Shown here: in pieces, positions 25,529 to 39,752 of the stretch | Numbering within the stretch: the stretch's first letter is position 1 | How the letters are laid out: the number at the start of each line of letters is the position of its first letter | Origin: Schmidtea polychroa | Lineage: Eukaryota | Direction of reading: 5' to 3' | Assembly (NCBI GenBank): GCA_044892525.1 | Contig: CM097885.1 | Coordinates: forward strand, 14,944,001-15,008,000 | DNA length: 64,000 nt | Notes under the pieces: generated by a model | Database searches by the model: none | What the model was told of the DNA's origin: nothing | The model's input: the letters and a program-made list of their open reading frames with translations, nothing else | Made by a program: the position numbers and the translations under genes

Positions 25529-25766
25529 CACCTAATTTTTACGCGAACTTTTTTTACGCGAATTTGATTTAACGCGATTCAAAAAAATTATTTCGTTCTG
25601 TTTTTACGCGATTTGATTTGATTTAACGCGATTAAAAAATATGTTTAATGATATATTTTGCCACTTTTTGTTTTACTAAAATGAATTTTTTGTGATTTTT
25701 TTTTACGCGATTTTTTTACGCGTATTTTCGGGGAACGTATCTATCGCGTAAAAACAGAATTAGGTG
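25529..25766. mobile_element. Tc1/mariner-pogo type MITE (TA TSD)
   Basis: TA|CACCTAATT...AATTAGGTG|TA with internal ACGCG repeats. Confidence 0.8.
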
Positions 25767-25961
25767 TATATTGATTTTATTTTGCTTTTCCTTTCCTTTC
25801 CTTTATTATTAATTTTTATATTTTTCAAAATAATTTTTTAACTTTAAATTATCCAATAATTTATTTTAATATTTATTTATCCGTTTAATATTTTTAAAAT
25901 TCATGAAAATTTTTGATTAGTTTATGATGCAACTTTTATTTTTTTATAATTTTTCTGTTAA

Positions 25962-26183
25962 CCCTTTCATTCGGGAATTAATTTTTCTTTTTGCGTGTGC
26001 TCTTCACAAAATCAACTGAAAAATACTGAAAATGTCACTATTTGGCGCCAAAATTATTAAAATGTACTAGAACAAATTTCAATTTTCTTAAAAAGTACTT
26101 CTCACATTATATTTTCGAAAAGGTACAACAGATATTCAGCAAAAAAACTGTGTACAATATATTGTACACTCCGTATAAAAGGG
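25962..26183. mobile_element. piggyBac-type MITE (TTAA TSD)
   Basis: TTAA|CCCTTT...AAAGGG|TTAA. Confidence 0.75.
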
Positions 26184-26288
26184 TTAATAAAATATAACGT
26201 TTATTTTTTGTTTTTATTAATAAAATCGAATTTTTTTCATATATTCATATATTGTTTTAATGAACATAAACTATATAGTTTATAAATA

Positions 26289-26526
26289 CTCCCTCTGTCC
26301 AAAAATGATAGTCCAGTTTGACTTTAAATCGTAATTTCTTTTATACGTAACAGTGATACTTAAAATGCAGTTTTGTTATTTGTTCAATCAATAAAATAAA
26401 ATTATTTAATGTGTTTTTACTGTAAAAGGTTTTACAAAACCGTTCAATTTTTTATATTCTCTATTGACAATCATTTTGGGAAAAAGGCTAAAATGCAACT
26501 GGACTATCATTTTTGGACAGAGGGAG
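26289..26526. mobile_element. Stowaway-like mariner MITE (TA TSD)
   Basis: Perfect ~29-bp TIR CTCCCTCTGTCCAAAAATGATAGTCCAGT. Confidence 0.88.
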
Positions 26527-27106
26527 TATATAGGTTACAGGCACACATCCTCATAAAACATGTGTTCCTTCCCGGACATTTTATATAGTCATTAAATAAG
26601 TAGGTCATTTACACACATACTATATAGTTTCAATAAATATTCTAACTCAAATTAGATCAAATAAGAAAATACTATATCTGGGATATAAAAACTGGTTGTG
26701 TGTGTATTTGTGTATTTGGGTAATAAATAAGAGATAGTTCAACAACCTTTAAGAATAGAAAATGTTTGCGAAAAATTACGTAGTTCAAATCAAAGTTGAT
26801 TATGGAGAGTTTCTAACACTGTGCTTCAGCGATCAATGGCTCATTTAGATTATTATTATTATTATTATTTGTAAATGATCCCATAGTGACGGATCTCGAA
26901 AATTGATCTGAAATAATAAATAAATGAAAATGAGAAATGCTTGTATGAATTGATCTATTCGATATAGGTCCAAATTCATTAGAAAACGAAATTAAATTTT
27001 CATTTAATTAGAAAAAAGTCAAAAAATATCCGGACAATAATGATGCAGTCTCGTCATATTATTTGTTCAAACTGTTCACGTAATTGGAAATATTTATATA
27101 TTTTTT

Positions 27107-27512
<406 letters not shown>

Positions 27513-28899
27513 TAAAACGAATAAATAATTTTCACATTTATTTTGAACTTAGGACAAAATTTAATCTAATTCTACATTAATGAAATATTATTTCCTATCA
27601 CAAATCAAACATAATTTAATAAACAATAATAAAAATCCCTTAATTAAATTTGATGCATGTAAATATAATTTCTGAATCTCAAATGGCAAATAAATGTTTC
27701 AAAAAAATTACGCCGTTAATTTTAATTAAAACTTTGTTGAATGAGTCCTAAAAAAAGAAATTATAAATTTGTTTGTTTACAAAACAAAATTTTTAATTAA
27801 ATAAATAAACTTAAACTTTTCCTCGGGGTCACGAAGGATATTGTAACTATTAATTCGATATTCTAATTACCAGCAAGTTTTTGCAACTGAAATAATTTGA
27901 TTAATTTAATTAATTAATTAAAATCGTTCATTGTATTTATTAAGTTTTTGATTATGGAAAAACAATGATTAATAATCAAAATGAAAATAAATAAAAGGAA
28001 CAAACAGATAAAAGATGAATAAGAGAGTGGATTTTACTAGTATTTTTAATCTTGATTTCCTTATACTTTATACAATTTTTAAATAGTATGATGTGTCCCC
28101 ATCAGATTTTAATTAACCTCTGACCTCTGGTACATGCGGGTTTTCACCCGGCCGCAATAATTACTTCATAACACCGTGGTGTGGCTATTTGTATCTAGCG
28201 ATGACACAGCTTACTACTTTTAATATTTGTGATGAATGAAGAGCTCAACATTTGTGTTGCATTGAATTAGACATGTAGGAAGGACTTTTGGTGCCTCCAA
28301 AGATCCATCAAAATAATAAACACATGAAGTTCTTTTGGTTGTAATAGGTTTATTTTTTGAAGTCTAACTTCTGGACATTCGTTCTCTCCTAGGATTTCAT
28401 TGTCTTTAGTGTGGAGGTGGCTAATATACAAACTAATGTTCAATGATAGATAATTCAAAATAAACTTGCACCATCTCTTAAATAAGTCGATATTACAACG
28501 AAATAGTGGAAATATTAGTAGGTAGTTACGAGCGCACTGCAGCACGACCATCCTAGGGGTTCCGAGAGGGGGGGGAGGGGTAAAAATTGCTGCAGTGCGC
28601 TCATCATATTTTTTTCAATACAAATAGAGGGACCTATAGAAAAAAGGCCAAGATTTTTCTGACTATAGTGAGAGGTCTCCTTGCTCCTGGGATTTTCAAT
28701 ACAAAATCCGACCATCATTAAAAAGGCCAAGGATAAGCCAGTATTATTTGGCTGGGTCACCTTAGTCTTGGGATTTTCAATACAAAATTCAACTATCACT
28801 AAAAAATAGGCTTACATTTCAACGTTGGAAGGTGGTATCTAATTCCTGTTTTTTGAATTTCGTGTTTATTAGTCGATTTCAATTATTACTTAGATGGTT

Positions 28900-29300
28900 T
28901 TCGGATCTTGGTTATGAATATTTATGTCATGGGTGCAATGCCACATACATTGGAATGACTGTCCGTCATCTCCGTTTTCAAGTTCTTGATCACTATCGAC
29001 TGAAGCAATTGATTAATATTAGTAAACACAATTTTGTGGAAAATTTATTAGAATCTTATTTGATTTCAACTTTTGTGAGTGTTAAAAGTTTTAGAAAATT
29101 TTAAAACTTTTACAATTTTTAAAGTATGAATATAAAAAACAGAATCTTTTAAATTTTTAGCGAAATTAATTTTAAAAAATTAATGAATTAGTTAATTAGT
29201 TTGTTTAAAAAAGAGCAATTTATATTGATTTAGTTTGATTTCAATTCTACCCGAAGATGACAGTGATTCTGTCGAAATATATTGTAGTAAAATATTGGAT
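28900..29300 (+). pseudogene. Penelope-like element 3' fragment (GIY-YIG) ending in a degenerate hammerhead
   Basis: YEYLCHGCNATYIGMTVRHL...H...LLES.LI, followed by the 29247 motif. Confidence 0.75.
29247..29287 (+). ncRNA. Minimal type I hammerhead ribozyme, core-mutated (CCGAAGA)
   Basis: CTAC-CCGAAGA-T-GACAG-TGATT-CTGTC-GAAA-TATA-TT-GTAG. Confidence 0.65.
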
Positions 29301-29763
29301 TTGGTATTTTTTGTTAAAAATGTACATATTTTGCTATGACTTTCTTAAACATTCATATATATTGCAAATTCTTTCTAAATTGACGTAGAAATTAAGTTTT
29401 ATGAATATTTGCAAATTATAATAATAAGAAGAATTTCCAAAATAACTTTGAAAATAACTTTCAAAATATTACTTTCAAAATAATTTTAAAATATTAATAA
29501 TAATAGTAATAATAATAATAATAATAACTCCCGCGCGTGTTACTTTGAAATAATACTTTGAAAGAAAATATTGAAAATTCAAAAAATAATAATAATATTT
29601 ATGCAAAGCATGTGCAATAATTATGTCTTTGTTAATTAAGTAAAATTTAGCGTCAAAATAATTTTTTTAAATATATTTAAATTTTAAAATACCGCAACGT
29701 AATATATTTTGTCTTACCCTTTCATTGATTTAAGTTGGTCAGAATTTAATTTTAATTTTAATT

Positions 29764-30960
<1,197 letters not shown>

Positions 30961-32149
30961 AAACAAGCACTTTAACAATTAAATGTGTAATTTATGTGAA
31001 TAATAAAATATATATTGTGAATAATTTGACTTAATTAATTAAAATGTGTTTTATCATTCATTTGTCCAATTAATTTGAATAATTAGTTTCAAGTAAGAAA
31101 TATTATTTTTGTGTTTATTTTATTTATTTATTCATTTATTTTTTCAATGGAAGTGAGAGAATTAATATGATCAATATCAAGGGGGTGTCAATATTCGACT
31201 ATAATATCGGCCAGTACTCTCCTATGATGTTGGACTTCTCTTTCCAAACCATGCGTATATTCTTCCGACAGGATTTTCATTCAGTGAATCATAAAATAAA
31301 TAACTAAAATTTTCTGGAATTATTTATATTAAATAATCCAAAAAATTTTAAACATTTGAATATCTTTTAATTTTAAATCATTTAATTAGTACATTAAAAC
31401 ACCACTGACCAACGCGTTTAACAGGTTAAAGAAGAATTTTATCAAATCTTGTAATTTTTGGGAAAAAAATTAAAAAATAACTTTTTAATAAAAGATTTTG
31501 TTTTTTTGGAAAAGTTTTTTAATATAGAAAATTTTAGTGAATTTTTTCTTTAAAAAAAAAACAATCGATAATGTTCTCCCTGGAGAAAATTCTGAATCAA
31601 ATAATCCGATGAGTTTTCATTTCGTCTGAAATTTTATAAAGAATTTTCAAATCTAGAAATATTTCTTTTGTGGATTTTTATAAAAATTTGAATAGAAGAG
31701 AATGAATGAAAAATTAATTATCTATTATTATTTATGGGTCACATGAAGTGAAAATGGATGTAATACATTCAAAAGATCTATGGGATTATTGTTAGATCGT
31801 ATTCCCAAGAGGAAAAAGATCTGAAATGCAAATAAATTGTTTCTTATTTTTTCAGTCATTTTATATTTATCTTTTTTTTAACTTCTAAAACTTAATTTAT
31901 TTTTTATACTTTATTTCAATAGACAACTATCAAAAGATATGTTAGCTGATTATAATCAAAATACACAGTTAATTTTATTTATTTGCCTTGAACTATTTCA
32001 AATTTGAGTTCAATTTTTTCCAGGGCTTTCTTTTTTTCCAATTTGCACAGTTCTACTTAAATAATTTTGTTGACAATCCAGGTTTCTCACACTGCTCTGG
32101 TTTCCCATTAGATAATTAATTTTTAATCAATTTTAATTTTCTTTAAATT

Positions 32150-32560
32150 TTTCAGATGGTAGTTTTCCTGTCATCATCAGGTAGAATATAATAACTATAT
32201 AAATTAAGGATTTTTAAACAAATTTATTAACTGTATTAATTATTAATTATATAAAAAACATTTTATTCTTTTTTATTTAATTATTTAATTTATCAACTAC
32301 ATACAATATACAAAATAGTATTTAAAAATTATTTAAAAAACATTTAAAACACAAGTATTCAATGCATTCTGCACATTAATTTTCGGATTCAATGACTTTA
32401 TCAATAACGCCTCACAAATTGCACGTTCCCAATAATTATCGAAATTTTTTAATAAAATTTCAAAATCAGACATTCCTATTTTACTTTTACAGCCCTTATT
32501 GTGATCACTAATGTTGGTCAATGCCTTCGGTCTATAATACTCTCGAGCTTGAATAAAGAG
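32150..32560 (-). pseudogene. Penelope-like GIY-YIG C-terminal fragment with truncated hammerhead
   Basis: DFEIL...RAICEALLIKSLNPKINVQ; downstream ATTCTAC-CTGATGA-TGACAG (32168-32187, minus). Confidence 0.7.
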
Positions 32561-32678
32561 ATGACGGGATGTCTCTCCAATATATGTGACAATACACCCA
32601 TAACAAGTAAATTAATAAACGAGATCGGAACACAATTCCGCCGGAGTTTTCGACTTATTAATAAACATATTGCGTACT

Positions 32679-33117
32679 CATGGGCATCAGCAGGAATTTT
32701 TCCAAGGGTGGGAAAAATATTTATTTTACCAAGTAGACAATTTTTCTAGGGGGATGAGAGTTGAAAAAAGTGCATGTGTATAATAAATATTTGGGGCATA
32801 ATACAAAATAGGACTTTTTTTCGTTTATTTACAAGATAGAACACTTTTTTTTAAAACCAGAACGTCAGTTAATATTGAAAGTTTTTATACAAATAAGATG
32901 ATTTGAAATAAGTGATTTCCAGATATCATTAATAACATTAAAAATTCATGAAGCCTCTTTAAATTAAATTTTTTTATTAATTTTTTTTGTCTTCGGTTTT
33001 TCCAACATTACTTGAGAGTATCTATTAAAATGTGTTTAAATTAATTGAAAAATAGTATGGTTTCGAAAATTCGGGGGGAGGGGGTCCCCCCACGTGCCCC
33101 CCTTGCGGACGCCTATG
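32679..33117. mobile_element. Degenerate hAT-like MITE
   Basis: CATGGGCATCAGCAGG...CCTTGCGGACGCCTATG; flanks TGCGTACT/TGCGTGTT. Confidence 0.55.
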
Positions 33118-33688
33118 TGCGTGTTTTCCATAAATTGGACACAATCCTAAATTCCCTAACTGCTTTTTTATCTTCCCTTTATAATCCTTAAAACCTACTG
33201 ATGTCAGTTTTAATCGTTTTAATTTTTTGTAATTTATTTAAAATTTTTTCAATATTTTCAATATTCAAATAAAATCATGCCTTCCCACTCCAATTTGCAA
33301 ATACATTTCTTAGTTATGATTTAAACTATTTGCAAAATCAACTTATTGAGGCCATGTAATTATCTCAAATAATTATCTACTTATACACTTATTTATATGA
33401 AATTTTAGATATAATGTGAATATATTTATTTAATTAATTACTTATTGAAGGTGATTAACACATTTTATATGAGATCAACTAATTAATACCAAATCTTATC
33501 ATATTTGTATGAGCATTAAAGTTTACTGGTGCTGTAATAATAATATTAAAAACAGTACAGTTGGCATATGTTAATTGATCAATATTTACAGACACACACA
33601 CACCAACTCGTTTTTGATTGGCGGACTAAATTTCAATTGATTAAATTTCAATCGAACAGTTTTAATCTTCATTAGTATATTTAATACA

Positions 33689-34708
33689 ATGAGGATACTA
33701 GGGATCGAATTTGCATCATTTCTCGTTCCACTTGATAGAAGACTACAAACATTTGCTGTTGCTCAATGGTTTTTTAATTGTTTAATAACACCTTTACTTT
33801 GTGTTTTATTGATAATCATCAGTTTGTTCACTCCTGTAATGCCAATAACCATTTTATACTTGTTATGGATTTATTTCATTGACTATAAAACTCCAAAATC
33901 TGGTGGACGAAGATTCAATTATATTAGAAGCTTGAAATTTTGGAATTATTACAGAGATTACTTTCCTATTAGTTTAATTAAAACTGCTGATTTGGATCCG
34001 AAAAATAACTATTTATTTGGATATCATCCTCATGGAATTCTGGTTTGCAGCGCATTTTGTAATTTTTGCACAGAAGCAACAGGTTTCTCTAAATTGTTTC
34101 CGGGAATTCGGCCATCAATGTTAACATTAGTAACGAATTTTTATTTTCCTCTATTGAGGGGTTTACTATTAGCACTCGGTGCTTGTGATGTCAGCCGAGA
34201 GAGTGTTGAATATTTATTGACTAAAAACGGAACAGGAAATGCTGTAGTCATTGTTGTTGGAGGAGCCGAAGAGGCTTTAGATTCCAGACCAGAAATATTC
34301 AAATTGACATTGAAAAATAGAAAAGGATTTGTGAAAATGGCTTTAAAAACCGGAACTCATTTAGTTCCATGTTTTGGATTTCATGAAAACGAAATTTTTA
34401 ACCAATTACCAAATCCAGAAGGATCTTTTTTGAGATCATTACAAGAAAAGGTAAAAAAAATCTTTGGCATATCACCACCTCTATTTTATGGTAGAGGTAT
34501 GTTTAATTACACATTCGGCTTGATGCCTTTTAGAAAACCATTAGCAACTGTTATTGGGAAACCTATACCATTGGAGAAGAATGAAAACCCGTCACAAGAA
34601 TTATTAAATGAAATACATCAACGTTATCTGGATGAATTAACTAATCTTTTCGAGGAAAATAAATTAAAATATGGAATAGGTGAAGATAAACATTTGACAT
34701 TTGTTTAG
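33689..34708 (+). CDS. DGAT2/MOGAT family acyltransferase (intronless CDS, 339 aa)
   Basis: RRLQT, RDYFP, YHPHG, VVGGAEEAL, RKGFVKMAL, GRG...GLMPFR. Confidence 0.95.
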   Translation: MRILGIEFASFLVPLDRRLQTFAVAQWFFNCLITPLLCVLLIIISLFTPVMPITILYLLWIYFIDYKTPKSGGRRFNYIRSLKFWNYYRDYFPISLIKTADLDPKNNYLFGYHPHGILVCSAFCNFCTEATGFSKLFPGIRPSMLTLVTNFYFPLLRGLLLALGACDVSRESVEYLLTKNGTGNAVVIVVGGAEEALDSRPEIFKLTLKNRKGFVKMALKTGTHLVPCFGFHENEIFNQLPNPEGSFLRSLQEKVKKIFGISPPLFYGRGMFNYTFGLMPFRKPLATVIGKPIPLEKNENPSQELLNEIHQRYLDELTNLFEENKLKYGIGEDKHLTFV

Positions 34709-35350
34709 AAATAAAACGGAATTGCAAATATTTATAATCTTATATGGCCAATAGATATTATCAATAATATATTACATGTCTTAAAAGCTTCGTTTCAATT
34801 TAGTTATTTACAATCCAATAATATTTTTGTAAATAAAATTATATTATTTAGATTCAATTGAAATACCAAATATGAACATATTATTTTATATTTTGAAATT
34901 TTATAAATACAAGTTTTAGAATGACTTTTTTATTAAACCTTTTCATATATTCATAATGATTAATAATTTATATAATTTAATTTAACAACTTTCTTATTTA
35001 TAACAAGGTTAGTGTAAGTAGGATAGTAAAACAAGAATTTTCAAATTAAATTTAACAAAATTCAGTGAAAATTGATAACGAAATTTTGCACATTTTGATG
35101 ATTAGATTAAATTTTAATAGTTAATTGATTTATGCTAGTTATGCTAGTTTTGTATTGAATATATTTTTGGAAGTTCATGTTGATTATTTCCTTATCTTTA
35201 ATTAATAATTTTGATGATCTTTTTTATGACTCATTTATGCTTTACAGATATTGAAGAACAGTACTGTCAACATACTTCTAAGGAAAATTCTGGAGAACAG
35301 ACTTCCTGAGTCTAGTGAAGGACACATAAGATTTAATTGTTATAAAGATA

Positions 35351-35542
35351 CCGTATATATACTCGCATATAAGCAGACCCTCCAAATTTGGTTGATTAAA
35401 ATGTCAAAAATAGATGACCCGCGTATAAGCCTATCTATTAAAAATGATATTTTGGTTAATATATAATTTATTTGAAATTATGCAATTAACTACGAATCAT
35501 AAAAGAACCAAATTTACTCGGCCTATACACGAGAATATACGG
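35351..35542. mobile_element. pogo/mariner-type MITE (TA TSD)
   Basis: TA|CCGTATAT...ATATACGG|TA. Confidence 0.75.
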
Positions 35543-35597
35543 TAAGCCCTTCAGGGATCCAAGTTACAGAATATCTATCTACGGTTATGTTACATAC

Positions 35598-35599
<2 letters not shown>

Positions 35600-35696
<97 letters not shown>

Positions 35697-35724
35697 CGAG
35701 ATAGAGATAAAGATAGAGAGAGAG
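35600..35724. repeat. (TA)n(GA)n microsatellite
   Basis: Direct reading. Confidence 0.95.
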
Positions 35725-36301
35725 CAGTGCTTCGTGAGTTTTACTTCGAAAGAAAATCTCGTATAAAACGATACAGGAGTTATCTGACTACCTCTGAAAG
35801 GACAAGAGTACCTCTGGTAATGAGTTACGGGTGAATTTTGGTTAAAGTTTCCAGATCAGAAGACTCGAAATTGTAAATATATTTAAATAAGATAACTCAT
35901 GATTTCTGACCGCATTTGAATTTATATTCACTTATGAAATCAAATACTGCGAGAATTCCTACCTAACAATAGGTATTACTATTTGAAATAAATTACTTTT
36001 TATTGATTTCAAAAACAAAAAACAGGTTTTATTAATTTTAAACATAAAAGGAATAAACGTAAACAGAATAATCAATCGAATGCTCAAAAAATCATTGGCA
36101 TCGACAAGCAGGCAGACAGCCGCACAAAATCAGGCGTGCACACACATTCACGCTCGGTATTATGGCAATTGCATTTTCATAGAAATTAATCAATGAAAAT
36201 CTATAATACGGCTCATTCAAAATTCAAATTTTATGGCATCTATTTCCATTATATCAATAATTTATGAACTTTATTAATGAATATTGCAGATATTTTTGAA
36301 T

Positions 36302-37453
36302 TTATCGAATACTTTTCAAGTATAACCTAAACAAATTCATAATAACGATAAATTTTCCTATAGAAAAATCAATAACATTTTCTTTTCCTTCAAGCGCTTC
36401 AAGCGTAACCAATTTAATATTTCCACAAAGATTATCGCACATTTTCTCAATGTCATCCCATTTGATCCCAGTGAGAAAAACGCAATGTTTACTCCAAATA
36501 TTCGAGTCAAGCCGTATTTCATTCATCAAAAACTTGCTGACACAAAGCGCCGTAGCCGCTATGAAACTGTACGGATAGCCGGCCAATTTGATATCTGTCA
36601 ATGAAATATCAATCAATAAATTTGACATTTCAAAAACGCTTTTGTAATTCGGTATCTGAAATTGGAGAAAAAAATTACTATTCATTCAATAAACCTAGTT
36701 TTCTTTCACCTCTCCAATCAGCACGAAAATCTTGAGAAAAACCCCAGCTGTGTAGATGTTGGTTTCAAAATCGAGAACTTTGAAAATCTCAAACTCAAAA
36801 GCGATGATATCGGTTTTCGGCATCTTTGACTGGATCGCTTTCAAAACCGTGTGAATCGGCGGTATTAATATCTCTTCCATTTTAAATGCAATCAAAGATG
36901 AAGCAATTGCTAATTTGAAAATCGAAACTTGATCCAAAACGCCTTTTCTTATGAAAAATTGATCGAAAATAGCGATAGAGAGTTCAAATGTAATATGTTT
37001 AGCATTGAAACCGGTATGGAACTTCGACATCCATGTAATGATGGAAAAGCGAGCTTCTGCAGTTATTGGGTAGATTGATTTCAAATTCGGTCCAGTGAAA
37101 ATGTTGAGAAATTCAATGTCTTGCAAGGAGTCAATCATTTGACATACGAAATTCATCTCATTGTTCACATGCTTATAATGGGGAGGAATTAGATCCGTAA
37201 TAGATTTGAAACTTAAATCTGAGGAATTTCTTATTTCTTGTTTCTGGTTCAAGAATGCCTCCTTTAATGAGATGATGTTTTCAGGATTTTTAGAGGTAGC
37301 ATAGAGATCAAATAATTTTATTTCAGTAATTAAACGAGGTTTGTAAGGTTTAAACTTCCGTAAATAAAAGTTTAATAGTGAATGTCTTCCACACGATTCA
37401 TAGTCATCCGAAACACCTTTCTTTGTTTTAAAAATTGTTTTGTTCGTAATCAT
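36302..37453 (-). CDS. Divergent cyclin (A/B-like cyclin box), 2 exons, intron 36656-36709
   Basis: ITAEARFSIITWM...TFELSIAIFDQF...LIAFKMEE...FEFEIFKVLDF; exon 2 YPYSFIAATAL; 54-bp GT-AG intron in phase 0. Confidence 0.85.
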
Positions 37454-37970
37454 GTTCAAATTTAAATTTTGATTATTATAACTTCTGTAATGTTGGTATA
37501 TTTAAACAAACATAATTTTGGGTTTGAATTTTATTCTATTAAAACAAATTTCTAAAAACGATATTTATTATTAATTATCAAAATTTACTAATCTTGCCTT
37601 TTTGATTTCTCATATTTTTATTCTTATATATTTTATTTTTGTTTTTGAGAATTTATATATATATATATATATATAATTTGATTGTTAATACTATAAATAT
37701 TAAAAATTCATATTCATACACTTGGCGTATTCATTTTCGCTGGCAGTATACTGCTTAAAGAATTCAATGTAAAGACTCTAGATTTTGTTCAATTAACATA
37801 AACAAGCAAATAAAGATAATTACTGTTTCATAAAAATGAATGCATAAAGTTGATCAATTCTTTTTATTACATTATCGATTATTCTTATACAAAATCTTTG
37901 AAAATATGAGTATTGTTTGCGCAATTTTTAAAAAAGTAGGGAAAAGTAACCTTGAGAAATGTTATATTAA

Positions 37971-38211
37971 CCCTTTCCAGCCCAGTGATTCCAAATGGAA
38001 TCATTAGTTAAAAACTCAGTTTTTTTCTCTCTACTACCAAAACGGTTGGCAGTAACTAGTGAGAACTATAGTAAGATATGTTTTTAACAGTTTTTCTAAG
38101 GGGGCAACAAAAAAATGAAGTAAAATATTTTTATGATAAAATAAGTAGTTTTGGTACCTACTTACTGCATATATTTTTTTTTTGTTTTGAAAAAATTTGG
38201 GCTGGAAAGGG
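37971..38211. mobile_element. piggyBac-type MITE (TTAA TSD)
   Basis: TTAA|CCCTTTCCAGCCCA...TGGGCTGGAAAGGG|TTAA. Confidence 0.88.
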
Positions 38212-39752
38212 TTAAATCAAAGGTGCTAACGAGAGTAGTGGGGATATAATATCTTTCAACTCTGGGAGACTCAAGGACGCATCACTGGTGTTTGCGCTCT
38301 TCGTCCTTGAGTTGAAAGGTATTATATCCCCACTACTTGGGTCACCATTGATTTTTTATTGATTTCTTAGGAAAAATAAATTATTAATTTTTTAGGAAAA
38401 TAACTTATTGAAGAAAATGACATGATTGAGATTCCACACTCGGGTCTCGGGTATTCTTGTGAAAATAAAAATTTTTGACTTGGAATAGGAAAAATACTTG
38501 AGGATTGGGAAAATACTCGGGGAATTCTTGGGAAAATTTTCCGAAATTAATTCTCGGAAAATAATAATTCATGTAAAATAATTTGGGGACTAGGAATAAT
38601 TCTCATACTAGGATATCAATATAAAAATGTCTAGTTTAAAAACAATTAAATGATAATTTAAGCTTTTTGCGGCGAATAATATATTTAATGAAAAAAATTT
38701 CGATTATAAGATAGGATTATTCTTATAATCGAAAATTTTTATTCGCAGCAAAAGGCTCAAATTATCATTTAATTGTTTTTAAATTTAATTAATGCTGCTA
38801 CCAAGTAATCATTACTTTATACTTTTAAAAATGTCTAGTGTAACGAGTAAACTAAAATAATTTAGCTAAATAAACATTTCTAAATAATTCTTTTCTTGAA
38901 TAATTTCAACCAAATCATATCCAATTTGTCAAATCAAATAAAATACATCTTTTATCAAAATAATTTTCCAAAAAAGAAGACTTATAGGATTCTTGTAATA
39001 ACATATCATGATATTCAGAATTTAAATTATATATAATATCCATTCTCTTTAAAGAATCTGGTTTTAAACAATCTTAATAATATTATGAGAACTTTTTCCA
39101 TTTTCAACACTGATTATTTTTTCCATTGAATTTATTAAAAAGAGAGCTTGAAGACTATAAATCAGTAATATATCGATGTTTTTTGATACTTATGAATTTT
39201 CGGCACTGCCTTTTTCAAGTGAATTTTCACTTGAAAAGGCAGTGCCGAAAATTCGTGAGTATCAAAACATCGATATATTACTGATTTATAGTCTTCAAGC
39301 TCTCTTTTTAATAAATCTTAATAATCTTGATGAGTTATTTTTTTGCTCAAACATTTTTTATTCCCTTATTTCTATTTTCTTCGCCTTTCAAACATTTGAG
39401 AGAATTTTGTTAAACTTTAATAATAAGATAATGATTTTAATTTTGGAGTTGATTCAATTTCTTCATAAATATTTTTATAGTCTGGAATTCTATCAATTTT
39501 TTAAAACATTGAATCAGTATCCATAGCATGCATTGAAATTCTATTTCAACAGCAACCAAATCATCAGAAAATTTTACTGCATCTTTAAATGTTGGTTTTG
39601 AGAAAAAAGTTTTTCTTTGTCCTATTTGTTAACAAAGCATTATTTAATAATTTTCAACAACATTACTTTAAATTCATCCTTGTTACTTTTTGCTTCCGCT
39701 CTTTTTTCGATATTATCCAGAATATAATCTCTCGTGACAGGTCCTTGTTTAA

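Noticed and set aside
39176..39526. 116-aa ORF
   Set aside because: Overlaps a fold-back hairpin and antisense TE debris; no motif.
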